Assembly: GCF_046119375.1 (NCBI RefSeq)
Contig: NW_027362772.1
Span: 281,666,001 to 281,730,000 of the forward strand
Reading direction: 5' to 3'
Length of the DNA: 64,000 nucleotides
DNA from: Phyllobates terribilis
Taxonomy: Eukaryota
Numbering within the stretch: the stretch's first letter is position 1; every line of letters starts with the position of its first letter. Position numbers and translations under genes: made by a program. Below, piece by piece: positions 37,285 to 49,444 of the stretch. The notes beneath the pieces were generated by a model that was not told the origin of the DNA, ran no database searches, and saw only the letters and a list, made by a program, of their open reading frames with translations.

Positions 37285-38161
37285 CGGCTTGAGAAACAGT
37301 TTTCAAAATAGCGTCAACTACGTCGGCAATATCTTTAGTCCATGGAAGAGCGGACTCCAGAAGCACTTGTATGAAGACTCGGACGGGCTGCGCAAACTAA
37401 TCCGTAGGGAACTGCAGGAGATCCAACGGAGGATTTACCCTTACATAGATGAAGCCCACCAGAAGATAAGCAAAAATCTCGAACAAGTACAGAACCGCCT
37501 GCTGCCTTACACCGATGAGCTGAAACACCATTTGGGATGGGGCGCAAAGGAGATGGCCGCACAGTTCAGCTTGAGCAGGGATCATATAAGTAATAGCGTT
37601 CCGCACAAGCTGGCAGAAAACATCCAAGATCAAATCATTCTGCAAACAGAGAAGGTAAGAGAAGTTCTACTTCCACTGGGCGAGAGACTCCTGGCGGAGA
37701 TCCACCATGCAGTTGAAGAACTCCACGAGAACCTTTCTCCGCACGCTTTGACCTCCCAGGAAAAGCTAACGGCTCAGGTACAAGAATTATCTCGTAAACT
37801 GACTCAGAACGCAAATAATTTGCATGAGAAAATCCATAAAAACTTGGATGCACTGAAAGAACAGCTGGTGACGTATCCTCGAAATTTTAGAGAGAGGTTT
37901 CCAGAAGGTCAACCCAACGAACCGGTGGCGCCTTATGTTGAAGAGATGGCGGCTCAGGTGCACAGAGAAGTCGAAGAGTTTCAGAGGAATACCCTGATGC
38001 AGATTGAACACTTTACCTATACCATTAATATGGAAATGGAGGAGACGAAGTCCAAAATATCTCCAGCAACGTCAGACTTACACGACACGGTGACTTCGAT
38101 AGAGGATATACAGGATAAACTGGAGTCTTTGTGGACGGAGATATCTCAGAACTTAAAATGA
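37285..38161 (+). CDS. apoa5: apoA-V last coding exon; full CDS 343 aa
   Basis: Acceptor ctctctag at 37284; YPYIDEAHQKISKNLEQ, QELSRKLTQNANNLHEKI and LESLWTEI match human APOA5; immediately upstream of zpr1. Confidence 0.93.
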
Positions 38162-40603
38162 TCCTTCATGAACTCTGGAGGTTACTAATGATGATCTGAA
38201 AGTTATTTAGTACTCCTCCTGGCTACAAATAATGAAAGCACTTATTTTAGATTTCTTCTCTGACTTATATATACTGTGTATACAGACCCACATTGTTATT
38301 GGGACCCAAAACCTCAACTTTGGTCCAATCATTCTCTTTTGGACGAGAGATGTTTTTTCCAGAATGTCCTTGCAGAAAATTAGAATTTCAAGTTCTCGTG
38401 AACTGCATTAGTGTTGTACCTTCCAAGTCTCCATGACCAACTAGTAATGTGATCAATGTTCTTAAAGGGGTTGCCCAAAATAGGGGCCAAAGTTGGTTAT
38501 GCATTAAACTATCAAAATAATGTAAGCATTAATTACCCATCCAAGCCGCTACTGTTCCATATCACTCTTGAGTAACACACATAATTGCTGCAGCCAATCA
38601 CTGTTCTCTGAAGTGATGCCAACTGATGTGAGATGAGACTGCAGAACTCTGTGATTGGCTGCAGTGGTCATTTGTAGACTGGATCCCATTGCTCCAACCC
38701 TGTAAACAAAGTTGATTGAGAAGCAGCAGAGAGGGAGAGAGTGCCGGAGCAGCAGGGGATTCACCAGGTAAAGTAATGCTTGGCACCAAGGTTGTCCTAT
38801 CTTGTACAACTTCTTTTAAAGTGGACGAGCCCTTTAAATTGCATTATCTTTGTAAATAAAGCTTTACGTCCTGTTGTGTAATCCTGGTCGCCAATCTGAC
38901 ATTGTAAAGACTCTTGGATCAAAGGTGAATTTCTTTTGGAGACGCAGAAGGTGCTTAGCAAATTGACAAAACCTTTCTTGTGCTTTTGTGCAATGTCGGA
39001 CCCCCTGACGCAGAGTCATATATTCTTCTACATATTGGGGTACATTTGCCAAGCTAAATGGAACTGAATTTTGGCTCAATTTGGACCAAAAAAACTGGTG
39101 ACATGCCATGTGCCACATATAACAGTACCGTCTCCACGGAGGTATCCTGTAATGTTCACGTCATCCGACCGAGTCTATAGAGCACCTGTTACCGTATCTC
39201 ACTCGACGTCCCCATACTCATTTATGCTCAACTCGGCAGAACATGCCATTCGTGTGTCCTGTTTGGGGAGAGTAGAGTAAAGCACTTACTGTAATGTGTA
39301 TTGGAGCCACCCGGCAAGTAAACTATTAGCACAGCCGGATTGTACACTCGGAGGCCGACACAGGGCTGTCAATCAAATTCAGAGGAGTGCAGTCACTTAG
39401 GGTGGGCTCACATTGCGGTGCCCGTTTTCTGCACATGGTGCATTCCTGCTTTCAGACTAGCTTATATCGATATACCTTTTCCCTTCTGTATGGAATAGTG
39501 CAGTAAAAAATGTTGTACTCCAGTGCATGGTAGATTCACGGTGGGTCTTTGTGTGCAAAATTTGCACAAAATCCCGGCAAAAAAAAAAAAATCACACAAA
39601 ACCAGGATGTCTAAATCACTCTGTTCCAGCGATGCCTGTGCTGTGTCTGCATGTGCTCACTCATTGTTATGTCTGACGTGCAGCCTAAAACACTGGTAGG
39701 GCATGAGACCTTGTGTTTATAGACTTGCCTGACAACTTTTAGAAGATAAGTGCAGGAGATTCTGGAGTGGAGTGTGCAAATTATTATTTTTTGCATTACC
39801 ATAGCCAGGTTTTATACATGCTGCTTGTTTCCAGTTCCCAAAAGTTACGTTTGGATGCCAAAGTCCCTTCTGATGATCTGGACTACCGACAATGAACATC
39901 GTCTACGTATCTCCCATTGATCGGAGATTCACTGATACATTCCTTGAAAGTTGACAAGTCTGCTCATGTTAGAGAAGTTCTATCTCCTCGACAAAGAGAC
40001 ACCTCCCCGGACTGAGTTCAGTAGGTATGGCCGCAGAGCACACAGACAACACTCTTAAAAATTGCTCTGTACTCACTTTCCCCTGGTCCACTGGTCTCTG
40101 CTGCTGCTCCCCGGGTGTCTGACATTGGCTGCGGCGCTGACGTCACCTTGACAGTGTGGCAGCCACTCAGTGGCTCTGAACGGCACTCTGTCTCCATAGA
40201 TCTGTCCCGCTAGCTCACTGACTTGCTGCCACATTTTCAAGGTGACGTCAGAGCCGCAGCCAATGTCAGACACCGGGGACAGCAGGGGAGACTCACTGGT
40301 GGACCCAGAAAATGTGAGGACAGAGCGACTTATTTTTTTTGTAGGGGAGAAAATTAGTTGAAAGGGAATAAAGCCTTTAATTATCAGGTCCATATGGCTT
40401 TGAGGAAAGTCCCACAGTCAGTGTTTATGTTTGCACAGCAGTACAAACTTTGGGGCACATCTGTAAAGGGATACACATGCCATAGTAAATAAGCAAGAAG
40501 CATTGTTTCTCAGGTCAAAAAGTCACGGTCTCTTGGAGTCCTGTCACCACATTTACCAGCACGTCTGCAGTGTGCATCTATGCAGGACGTAACAGCAGAC
40601 TTA

Positions 40604-41475
40604 GGCTGTGTGCCCACGATGCGTTTATGCTGCGGAATTTCCGCAGCGTAAACGCTTGGGAAATGCTTGGTAAACCTTCCCCCATGGTCTCCAATGCAAT
40701 TCCGCACTTTCAATGCCCATGCTGCGTATTTTTCCGCAGCATTTATGCTGCGCTCAAAAATACTCAGCATGTCCATTAATTTTGCGGACACCATTGACTT
40801 GCATTAGAACACGCCAATTACGCAAGACTGCATCTGTACTTGCGTAATTTTAGCGTTCTAATGTGCGGATGGTACCCGGGTTTGGAGGAGACTCTCATCC
40901 AGACCTGGGTACCATAGTATCTGTAAAAAAAAGAATTTAAAATAAAAAATAATGTTTATACTCACCTTCCGATGTCCTCCCGGTGTTTTGTCCACGCCGT
41001 CCGGTCTCTTGCAATGCTTGCGCTGTTGTGAAGGACCTGTCATGACGTCACTGAGTCATGTGACCCATCACATGACTCAATGACCTCACCGCAGGTCCTT
41101 CACACCACCGCGAGCATTGCAAGAGACCGGACGCAGCAGAGATGACACCGGGAAGACACTGGAAGGTGAGTATAATCTTTTTTTTTTATTTTTTACCATT
41201 CTTATTCTTTTTTTTAACTATTACTTGGTCACACTATATAAATCCATGCCGGTTGCATGGATTTATATAGTGTGACCAACTTGTCAAGCACTTTCCAAGT
41301 GATGCTAAAATCGCTTGGAAAACTGCTTGAAAAAACGCATGTAAAAACGCTGAAAAAACGCTTCTCTCTGGCAGAAGAAACGCATGTAAATCTGCATGTA
41401 AATCTGCATGCGTTTTTTTCTGCCAGAGAGAGGCAGAAACGCTCTGCATCAAATCTGCTACGTGGGCACATAGCC
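40604..41475. mobile_element. Harbinger-type non-autonomous element with internal fold-back core
   Basis: GGCTGTGTGCCCACG / CGTGGGCACATAGCC TIRs, TTA/TAA flanks. Confidence 0.75.
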
Positions 41476-41502
41476 TAAAGCAATATATCTAACAGATACG
41501 TA

Positions 41503-41680
41503 CAGTCATGGCCGAAAGTATTGGCACCCTTGAAATGATTCCAGAAAATGAAGTATTTCTCCCAGAAAATTATTGCAATTACACATTTTGTTATACACGT
41601 TTATTTCCTTTGTGCGTATATTGGAACAACACAAAAAAACAGAGAAAAAAAGACAAACTGAACATAATTTCACACAAAAC
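41503..41680 (+). mobile_element. Isolated Tc1 TIR fragment
   Basis: TA-CAGTCATGGCCGAAAGTATTGGCACC; same sequence as the 20940 fragment. Confidence 0.7.
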
Positions 41681-41936
41681 GCTACCCATCAGTCTCATAT
41701 CTATCATCTTCTTATCTATCTATCATCTATCAGGGGCATAACGATTGTAACTGCTACCGGCCCGTGCTGCAGGGGGGACTGCTGATGCCAGCGCCTATTT
41801 CAGCTGGATGTGTGTCTGAGGACCTGCCGGGTCCCTGCACCGCAATACACGCTGCCGGACAATCACAGGTCGGCAGCTGACATCAGCAGGTGGCGCATGG
41901 CAGTGATGTCATACATTCCGATGTCAGCTGCCGACT

Positions 41937-42127
41937 AGTGATGATCGAGTATGCCTCATTAACTGTTTCGGCAAGCACGCTCGGGTGTCGCCGAGTATTT
42001 TGTCATGCTCGGGGTTTCATTCATTGTCGCTACGCCTGAAAATGTCACGGCTGTTAAACAGCTGTGACACATACAGAGATAGCCTGGCGAACAGGGTATC
42101 ACTGCATGTCACAGCTGTCAAACAACC
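41937..42127. mobile_element. Terminal remnant of the TAGTGATGAGCGAG-type hAT family
   Basis: tagtgatgatcgagt start, same family terminus as at 6551-6564. Confidence 0.5.
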
Positions 42128-42864
42128 AGGATGGGGGATATATACCAGGATGGGGGATATATATATACCAGGATGGGGGATATATATACCAGGATGGGGG
42201 AAATATATACCAGGATGGAGGATATATATATATATACCAGGATGGGGGATATATATACCAGGATGGGGGATATATATACCAGGATGGGGGCTATATATAT
42301 ACCAGGATGGGGGACATATATATCAGGATGGGGGATATATATACCAGGATGGGGGATATATATATACCAGGATGGGGGATATATATACCAGGATGGGGGA
42401 CATATATACCAGGATGGGGGATATATATATAGCAGGATGAGGGACAAATATATCTGGATGGGGGATATATATATATATATATATCAGGATGGGGGATACA
42501 TATATATACCAGGATGGGGGACATTATATATACGAGGATGGGGGATATATATACCAGGATGGGGAATATATATATATACCAGGATGGGGATATATATACC
42601 AGGATGGGGGATATATATATATACCAGGATGGGGGAAATATATACCAGGATGGAGGATATATATACCAGGATGGGGAATATATATATATACCAGGATGGG
42701 GGACATATATATACCAGGATGAGGGATATATATACCAGGATGGGGGACATATATATCTGGATGGGGGATATATATATATCAGGATGGGGGATATATATAT
42801 ACCAGGATGGGGGACACATATATACCAGGATGTGGGATATATATACCAGGATGGGGGATATATA
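42128..42864. repeat. Minisatellite ccaggatggggg(at)n, 21-30 bp unit; remnants also at 43868-43890, 47344-47447 and 49035-49057
   Basis: Unit visible on both sides of each inserted TE. Confidence 0.92.
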
Positions 42865-43867
42865 TGACGCGCCCCTGGGCCTGCTGTGTCGCGCAGCGCC
42901 TCGCGCACGGGGGCTTACCCGGAACCGGATCAGATGAGGGTTGTAGTCTCCGAGTGGCGGGGACCCGGTCCGTGCCCAGGGAGTCAACTCAGTGTGTGGC
43001 AGTCTTGATAGATGTTATTTGAGTGTCGACTACGCCACCCGTTGATTTGCAGCTATGGAGCTGCCGCTGCAGGGCAGACCGCTGAGGCCGGTGTAGAATT
43101 GTGCAGCGTGATAGTATAACCCCCAACGGGAAGGGTATGGCCTCAGGGCAGCCGACGTGGAAGATGAGGGTAGCAGGAACCACTCAGAGACGGTGCGGTG
43201 TAATTCAGGGTCTTTACTGGTAACAACGATAGACCCTCCCGGAGTACTTGCTAGCGAACGGGGCCTGGTCAGTCCTTGAGCAGATGGGATCTCCCCTGGC
43301 CAGGCGGAGTTGTAGGCCTCCCAAACTGACTGTACTCTTCTGGCTACCTTGCTAGAAGCGGATATAAGTAGCCCACGTGCCTGAGTGTACCGTGTGGTGC
43401 TCACCCGTATGGCCGGTGACTCGGGGCCTTCTAATGGCTTCCGCTCCACGATGGCGGCGCTGGTCCCACGCGTGTGACCGTGCCTTCGGGTTTCTGGGCC
43501 TGAGGACCTGAAATCCCCTGCCGGTCGGCTTCTGCTGCTGGGTAAGAGTTAGTCCCCACAGCCTCGGACGCCGGGTCCGGTAAGAAAGCTTCTCAGTCAG
43601 GGCGAGCTCTGCAGCTGCCAGCCCCTGACTTGTAGTAGTATTGCTCCCACTGAGCTTCTGCTGTTTCTTCCTGTGACTGTTTCTTGTCTCTACTCTCCTT
43701 GACCGACTAACCCTGCTTCAGCCCCGGGTTTATATAGGGGAAGTTCTTCCCCTCCCAAGACTGGGCAGGAGGTGTGGCATGCACAGGATCCCTGACCAAA
43801 GGACCTCCCACCTGCTCTCAGACATAACATTACATTACTGTGGAAACCAGACCCCTGGGGTGCCACA
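42865..43867 (-). mobile_element. Solo LTR (~1.0 kb)
   Basis: TG...CA ends, TATA flanks (4-bp TSD, ambiguous in AT tract), minus-strand TATA box ctatataaaccc and AGTAAA. Confidence 0.7.
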
Positions 43868-44360
43868 TATATATATACCAGGATGGGGGATGTAACATAC
43901 CTGGCGGCGTACTTGCATAGTGGTCCATCTCCCACTGTGCAAGAGCGCGCACTTGATCTCCAGTCCAGTCTGCTAGCCTGGCTTCCCTCCATGCTGTCTG
44001 CTTGCATCTGTTTCTGCTGCTTAAGGGCGGCGCCCGATCACTTCCTGCTTCTTGTAGCTGCTGCAGGCACACCCCTTGTGCGTCCTCAGCCTATTGCTGC
44101 CTGTCACCTGGTATTTAACCCAGCTCCTCCCTGGAATCCATGCCTGAACATTGTGTTCTGTCAGTTGGCTTCCAGTCACTGATGCGCCAGGTCCTGTCTA
44201 TGCGTCCTGCCTTGCGGTATCAGTTCCCGTGTCTGAACTGTGTCCTGTCTGAACTATCTTCTAGCCTGTTGTCTTCTGCCTATCCTGGAGGCTGTATTTC
44301 CAGGCCAGTGTGAACACGCTCCTAGCCTGTTCTTTCCGCCTTCTAGGGGCCGCATACCTA

Positions 44361-45929
44361 CAGTCATGGCCAAAAGTATTGAGAATGAGACAAATAGTAA
44401 TTTTTCCAAAGTTTACTGCTTCATTTTTTGTAATGGCAATTTGCATATACTCCTGAATGTCAAAGAGTGATCAGCTTAACAGCAATTACTGTACTTGCAA
44501 AGTCAATATTTGCCCAGAAAATGAACTTTAACCCCCAAAACACATTTCAACATCATTGCAGTCCTGCCTTAAAAGGAGCAGCTAACATCGTTTTAGTGAT
44601 TGATCCATTAACACAGGTGTGGGTGTTGTTGAGGACAGGGCTGGCGATCAATCAGTCATGATTAAGTAAGAGTGACATCACTGGACACTTTAAAAGGAGG
44701 CTGCTTCTTGGTATCATTGTTTCTCTTCAGTTAACCATGGTTATCTCTAAAGAAACACGTGCAGCCATCATTGCACTGCACAAAAAGGCCTAACAGGGAA
44801 GAGTATCGCAGCTACAAAGATTGCACCTCAGTCAACAATCTATCGCATCATCAAGAACTTCAAGGAGAGAGCTTCCATTGTTGTCAAAAAGGCTCCAGGG
44901 CGCCCAAGAAAGACCAGCAAGCGCCAGGACCGTATCTTAAAACTGTTTCAGCTGCGGGATCGGACTACCAGCAGTGCCGAGCTTGCTCAGGAATGGCAGC
45001 AGGCTGGTGTGAGTGCTTCTGCACGCACTGTGAGGCGGAGACTCCTTGAGCAAGGGCTGGTTTCAAGGAGGGCAGCAAAGAAGCCATTTCTCTCCAGAAA
45101 AAACATCAGGGACCGACTGATATTCTGCAAAAGGTACAGGGAGTGGACTGCTGAGGACTGGGGCAAAGTCATTTTCTCTGATGAATCCCCTTTTCGATTG
45201 TTTGGGACATCTGGAAAACAGCTTATTCGGAGAAGAAGAGGTGAGCGCTACCACCAGTCTTGTCTCATGCCAACTGTAAAGTATCCTGAAACCATTCATG
45301 TGTGGGGTTGCTTCTCAGCCAAGGGAATCAGCTCACTCACAGACTTGCCTAAAAACACAGCCATGAATAAAGAATGGTACCAGAATGTCCTCCAAGAGCA
45401 ACTTCTCCCAACCGTCCAAGAGCAGTTTGGCGCCCAACAATGCCTTTTCCAGCATGATGGAGCACCTTGCCATAAAGCAAAGGTGATAACTAAATGGCTC
45501 ATGGAACAAAACATAGAGATTTTGGGTCTATGGCCTGGAAACTCCCCAGATCTTAATCCCATTGAGAACTTGTGGTCAATCATCAAGAGACGGGTGGACA
45601 AACAAAAACCAACAAATTCTGGCAAAATGCAAGCATTGATTATGCAAGAATGGACTGCTATCAGTCAGGATTTGGTCCAAAAGTTGATTGAGAGCATGCC
45701 AGGGAGAATTACAGAGGTCTTGAAGAAGAAGGGGCAACACTGCAAATATTGACTTGCTGCATTAACTCATTCTAACTGTCAATATAACCTATTGGTACTC
45801 AAAATATGATTGCAATTATATTTCTGTATGTGATATAAACATCAGACAAACACTAATAAAAACCAGAGGCCAGCAGATCATGTGAAAATATAATTTTGGT
45901 GTCATTCTCAAAACTTTTGGCCATGACTG
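44361..45929 (+). mobile_element. Full-length DD35E (Traveler-type) Tc1 element
   Basis: CAGTCATGGCCAAAAGT(A/T)TTGAGAATGA TIRs, TA TSD at 44359-44360 and 45930-45931. Confidence 0.95.
44737..45752 (+). pseudogene. DD35E transposase, open except for a 1-nt deletion near 44786 (338 aa if restored)
   Basis: MVISKETRAAIIALHKK, then after the shift GLTGKSIAA..GRPRK..FSDES..QHDGAPCH..35 aa..E..KGQHCKY stop. Confidence 0.9.
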
Positions 45930-46179
45930 TAGACCCGTTCCGGTATCTTGCCTGTTCCTGTCTGAACACGCTCCTAGCCTTTTCGTTCCGCCTTCTAGGG
46001 GCCGCATACCTAGACCCGCTCCTGTATCTTGCTGCTGTGTCTGTTCTTGTCTGAATACTCTCCTAGCCTGTTACCTGTTTTTCTCTATGTCCGTACCTTC
46101 CCTTTTCCTGCAGAATCTGATCCCGTACCTAACTTCCCTTCCAGTCTGTTCCGTGTGAACAGAGCCCTGACCCCTCTGC

Positions 46180-46790
46180 TCTGCCTTGCTCTGCTCCGGC
46201 AGTCTCGCTCTGCTCTGACCCTTTGCTCGCCGCTTCAGCAGTCTCGCTCTGCTCTGACCCTTTGCTCGCTGCTCCGGCAGTCTCGCTCTGCTCTGACCCT
46301 TTGCTCGCTGCTCCGGAAGTCTCGCTCTGCTCTGACCCTTTGCTCCCTGCTCCGGCAGTCTCGCTGTGCTCTGACCCTTTGCTCGCTGCTCCGGCAGTCT
46401 CTCTCTGCTCTGACCCTTTGCTCGCTGCTCCGGCAGTCTCGCTCTGCTCTGACCCTTTGCTCGCTGCTCCGGCAGTCTCGCTCTGCTCTGACCCTTTGCT
46501 CGCTGCTTCGGCAGTCTCGCTCTGCTCTGACCCTTTGCTCGCTGCTCCGGCAGTCTCGCTCTGCTCTGACCCTTTGCTCGCTGCTCCGGCAGTCTCGCTC
46601 TGCTCTGACCCTTTGCTCGCTGCTCCGGCAGTCTCGCTCTGCTCTGACCCTTTGCTCGCTGCTCCGGCAGTCTCGCTCTGCTCTGACCCTTTGTTCGCTG
46701 CTCCGGCAGCCTAGCTCTGCTCTGACCCTTTGCTCGCTGCTCCGGCAGACTCGCTCTGCTCTGACCCTTTGCTCATTGCTTTGGCAGTCT
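46180..46790. repeat. 39-bp tandem repeat inside the LTR, ~15 copies
   Basis: ctctgctctgaccctttgctcgctgctccggcagtctcg unit; 13-aa peptide periodicity. Confidence 0.92.
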
Positions 46791-47363
46791 CGTCCTGCTC
46801 CTCTCTCGCTCACCGCTCCAGACGGCCTTGTCCTGCTCTTCTCTCGCTCACCGCTCCAGGCGGTCTCGTCTTGTTCTGCTCTTGCTCGCCGCTCTGGGCG
46901 GCCTCACTCTGCTGTTTGTCCACCGCATCTGCGGTTCTGTTCCTAAGTCCCAGTCTGTACTGGGTCCTATCCACTCGGTGCTCCAACCTGTCGTACCTGC
47001 CAGTACCTCCCTGCCTGCATACCAGTCGTGCTTACCAGCATCCGCCAGTCTGCATACCAGCCGTGTCTGCCTATACCCAGCAGTCTGTGTGCCAGCCTAA
47101 CCTGCCTGTTCCTGTATTCCCCTGTGTAGGTCAACAGCCGTGTCCGGGGTCTGTCCTGGAGTAGCACCTGGTCCCTCTGCTCGGTTCCTCCTTGGTGCAC
47201 TGGCGTCGTATGCCGTCGTGCGACCCTGGTCGGATTGGGTGGATACTTAGTTACGCCCCTCCAGGCATTCACTCTCCGGCACGGTCCAGTGGAATCACTA
47301 CATATACACGCACACGCCACTCAGCCCGGGCGTGTGCATTACAAGGGATATATATATCTGGAT

Positions 47364-47408
<45 letters not shown>

Positions 47409-47447
47409 ATGGGGGATATATATATATATACCAGGATGGGGGACATA

Positions 47448-49034
47448 CAGTACAGACCAAAAGTTTGGACACACCTTCTCATTTAAAGATTTTTCTGTAT
47501 TTTTATGACTATGAAAATTGTACATTCACACTGAAGGCATCAAAACTATGAATTAACACATGTGGAATTATATACTTAACTAAAAGGAGCGAAACAACTG
47601 AAAATATGTCTTATATTCTAGGTTCTTCAAAGTAGCCACCTTTGGCTTTGATGACTAGTCACCGGAAATGGTTTTCACTTCACAGGTGTGCCCTGTCAGG
47701 TTTAATAAGTGGGATTTCTTGCCTTATAAATGGGGTTGGGACCATCAGTTGTGTTGTGCAGAAGTCAGGTGGATACACAGCTGATAGTCCTACTGAATAG
47801 ACTGTTAGAATTTGTATTATGGCAAGAAAAAAGCAGCTAAGTAAAGAAAAACGAGTGGCCATCATTACTTTAAGAAATGAAGGTAAGTCAGTCCGAAAAA
47901 TTTGGAAAACTTTGAAAGTGTCCCCAAGTGCAGATGCAAAAACCATCAAGCGCTACAAAGAAACTGGCTCACATGAGGACCACCCCAGGAAAGGAAGACC
48001 AAGAGTCACCTCTGCTTCTGAGGATAAGTTTATCCGAGTCACCAGCCTCAGAAATCGCAGGTTAACAGCAGCTCAGATTAGAGACCAGGTCAATGCCACA
48101 CAGAGTTCTAGCAGCAGACACATCTCTTCAACAACTGTTAAGAAGAGACTTTGTGCAGCAGGCCTTCATGGTAAAATAGCTGCTAGGAAACCACTGCTAA
48201 GGACAGGCAACAAGCAGAAGAGACTTGTTTGGGCTAAAGAACAAAAGGAATGGACATTAGACCTGTGGAAATCTGTGCTTTGGTCTGATGAGTCCAAATT
48301 TGAGATCTATGGTTCCAACCACCGTGTCTTTGTGCGACGCAGAAAAGGTGAACGGATGGACTCTACATGCCTGGTTCCCACCGTGAAGCATGGAGGAGGA
48401 GGTGTGATGGTGTGGGGGTGCTTTGCTGGTGACACTGTTGGGGATTTATTCAAAATTGAAGGCATACTGAACCAGCATGGCTACCACAGCATCTTGCAGC
48501 GGCATGCTATTCCATCCAGTTTGCGTTTAGTTGGACCATCATTTATTTTTCAACAGGACAATGATCCCAAACACACCTCCAGGCTGTGTAAGGGTTCTTT
48601 CACCAAGAGGGAGAGTGATGGGGTGCTACGCCAGATGACCTGGCCTCCACAATCACCAGACCTGAACCCAATCGAGGTGGTTTGGGGTGAGCTGGACCGC
48701 AGAGTGAAGGCAAGAGGGCCAACAAGTGGTAAGCATCTCTGGGAACTCCTTCAAGATTGTTGGAAGACCATTTCCGGTGACTACCTCTTGAAGCTCATCA
48801 AGAGAATGCCAAGAGTATGCAAAGCAGTCATCTAAGCAAAAGGTGGCTACTTTGAAGGACCTAGAATATAAGACATATTTTCAGTTGTTTCACACTTTTT
48901 GGTTAAGTATATAATTCCACATGTGTTAATTCATAGTTTTGATGCCTTCAGTGTGAATGTACAATTTTCATCGTCATGAAAATACAGAAAAATCTTTAAA
49001 TGAGAAGGTGTGTCCAAACTTTTGGTCTGTACTG
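47448..49034 (+). mobile_element. Near full-length DD38E (Intruder-type) Tc1 element, left TIR with internal deletion
   Basis: Same termini as the 34298 copy; TA TSD inside the ccaggatggggg minisatellite. Confidence 0.95.
47819..48871 (+). pseudogene. DD38E transposase, premature TAA at codon 339 (338 of 350 aa open)
   Basis: ORF 47819-48835, then AKGGYFEGPRI-stop continues in frame; WSDES, QQDNDPKH..38 aa..E. Confidence 0.92.
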
Positions 49035-49203
49035 TATATATACCAGGATGGGGGACATTTTTGTGAGGAAGGAACTCGGGATGGTCCCAGCGCTCCTCCT
49101 GCCTGTCCTGGCTGCTCCTATCTCCTCTATTACACCGAGCGCTTTCCTCTTTCTCCACTAGAGGCGCTGCCGGGCCTCACTCATGCACGTGCTGGTGACA
49201 GCT

Positions 49204-49220
49204 ACTTCCGGGTCACGTGG
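49204..49220 (+). promoter_or_regulatory. zpr1 proximal promoter: ETS-type ACTTCCGG abutting E-box GGTCACGTGG
   Basis: Motifs ~100 nt upstream of the ATG in CpG-rich sequence. Confidence 0.5.
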
Positions 49221-49309
49221 TTATCCTCGCTTTCCGGCGTCTCGCAGCCCACGTTACTTCTCTCTGTATACGCCGGGATACCGGGGCACCGTGCTGTGCG
49301 CAGCCGTAA

Positions 49310-49444
49310 ATGATGTCTCTTCTCCGCTCCTTTGAGGCCCCAGCCTCCTCTTCCTCCGCTCCGGTGTTCCGGGACTTCAGCGCGGACGATGAGGAGCAGC
49401 AGCCGGCGGAGATCGAGTCCCTGTGCATGAGCTGCTTCCAGAAC
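49310..49444 (+). CDS. zpr1: ZPR1 exon 1 (start may be ATG 49313)
   Basis: DEEQQPAEIESLCMSCFQN, donor GTGAGT. Confidence 0.93.

Larger units (their letters stand above)
43891..47343 (+). mobile_element. Solo LTR (~1.9 kb net) containing a 39-bp array and a Tc1 insertion
   Basis: TGTAAC...ATTACA ends; TSD GGGGA/AGGGA (one mismatch); TATTTAA near 44112. Confidence 0.7.

Noticed and set aside
38855-38860. AATAAA as apoa5 polyA signal (likewise 19065 for apoa4-like and 58769 for zpr1)
   Set aside because: Common hexamer in AT-rich DNA; cannot be assigned without 3'-end data
41985-42987. Tyr/Gly-rich ORFs (YQDGG, IPGWG repeats)
   Set aside because: Translation of the ccaggatggggg(at)n minisatellite
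46029-46946. 305-aa Leu/Ser/Arg repeat ORF
   Set aside because: 39-bp tandem array inside an LTR
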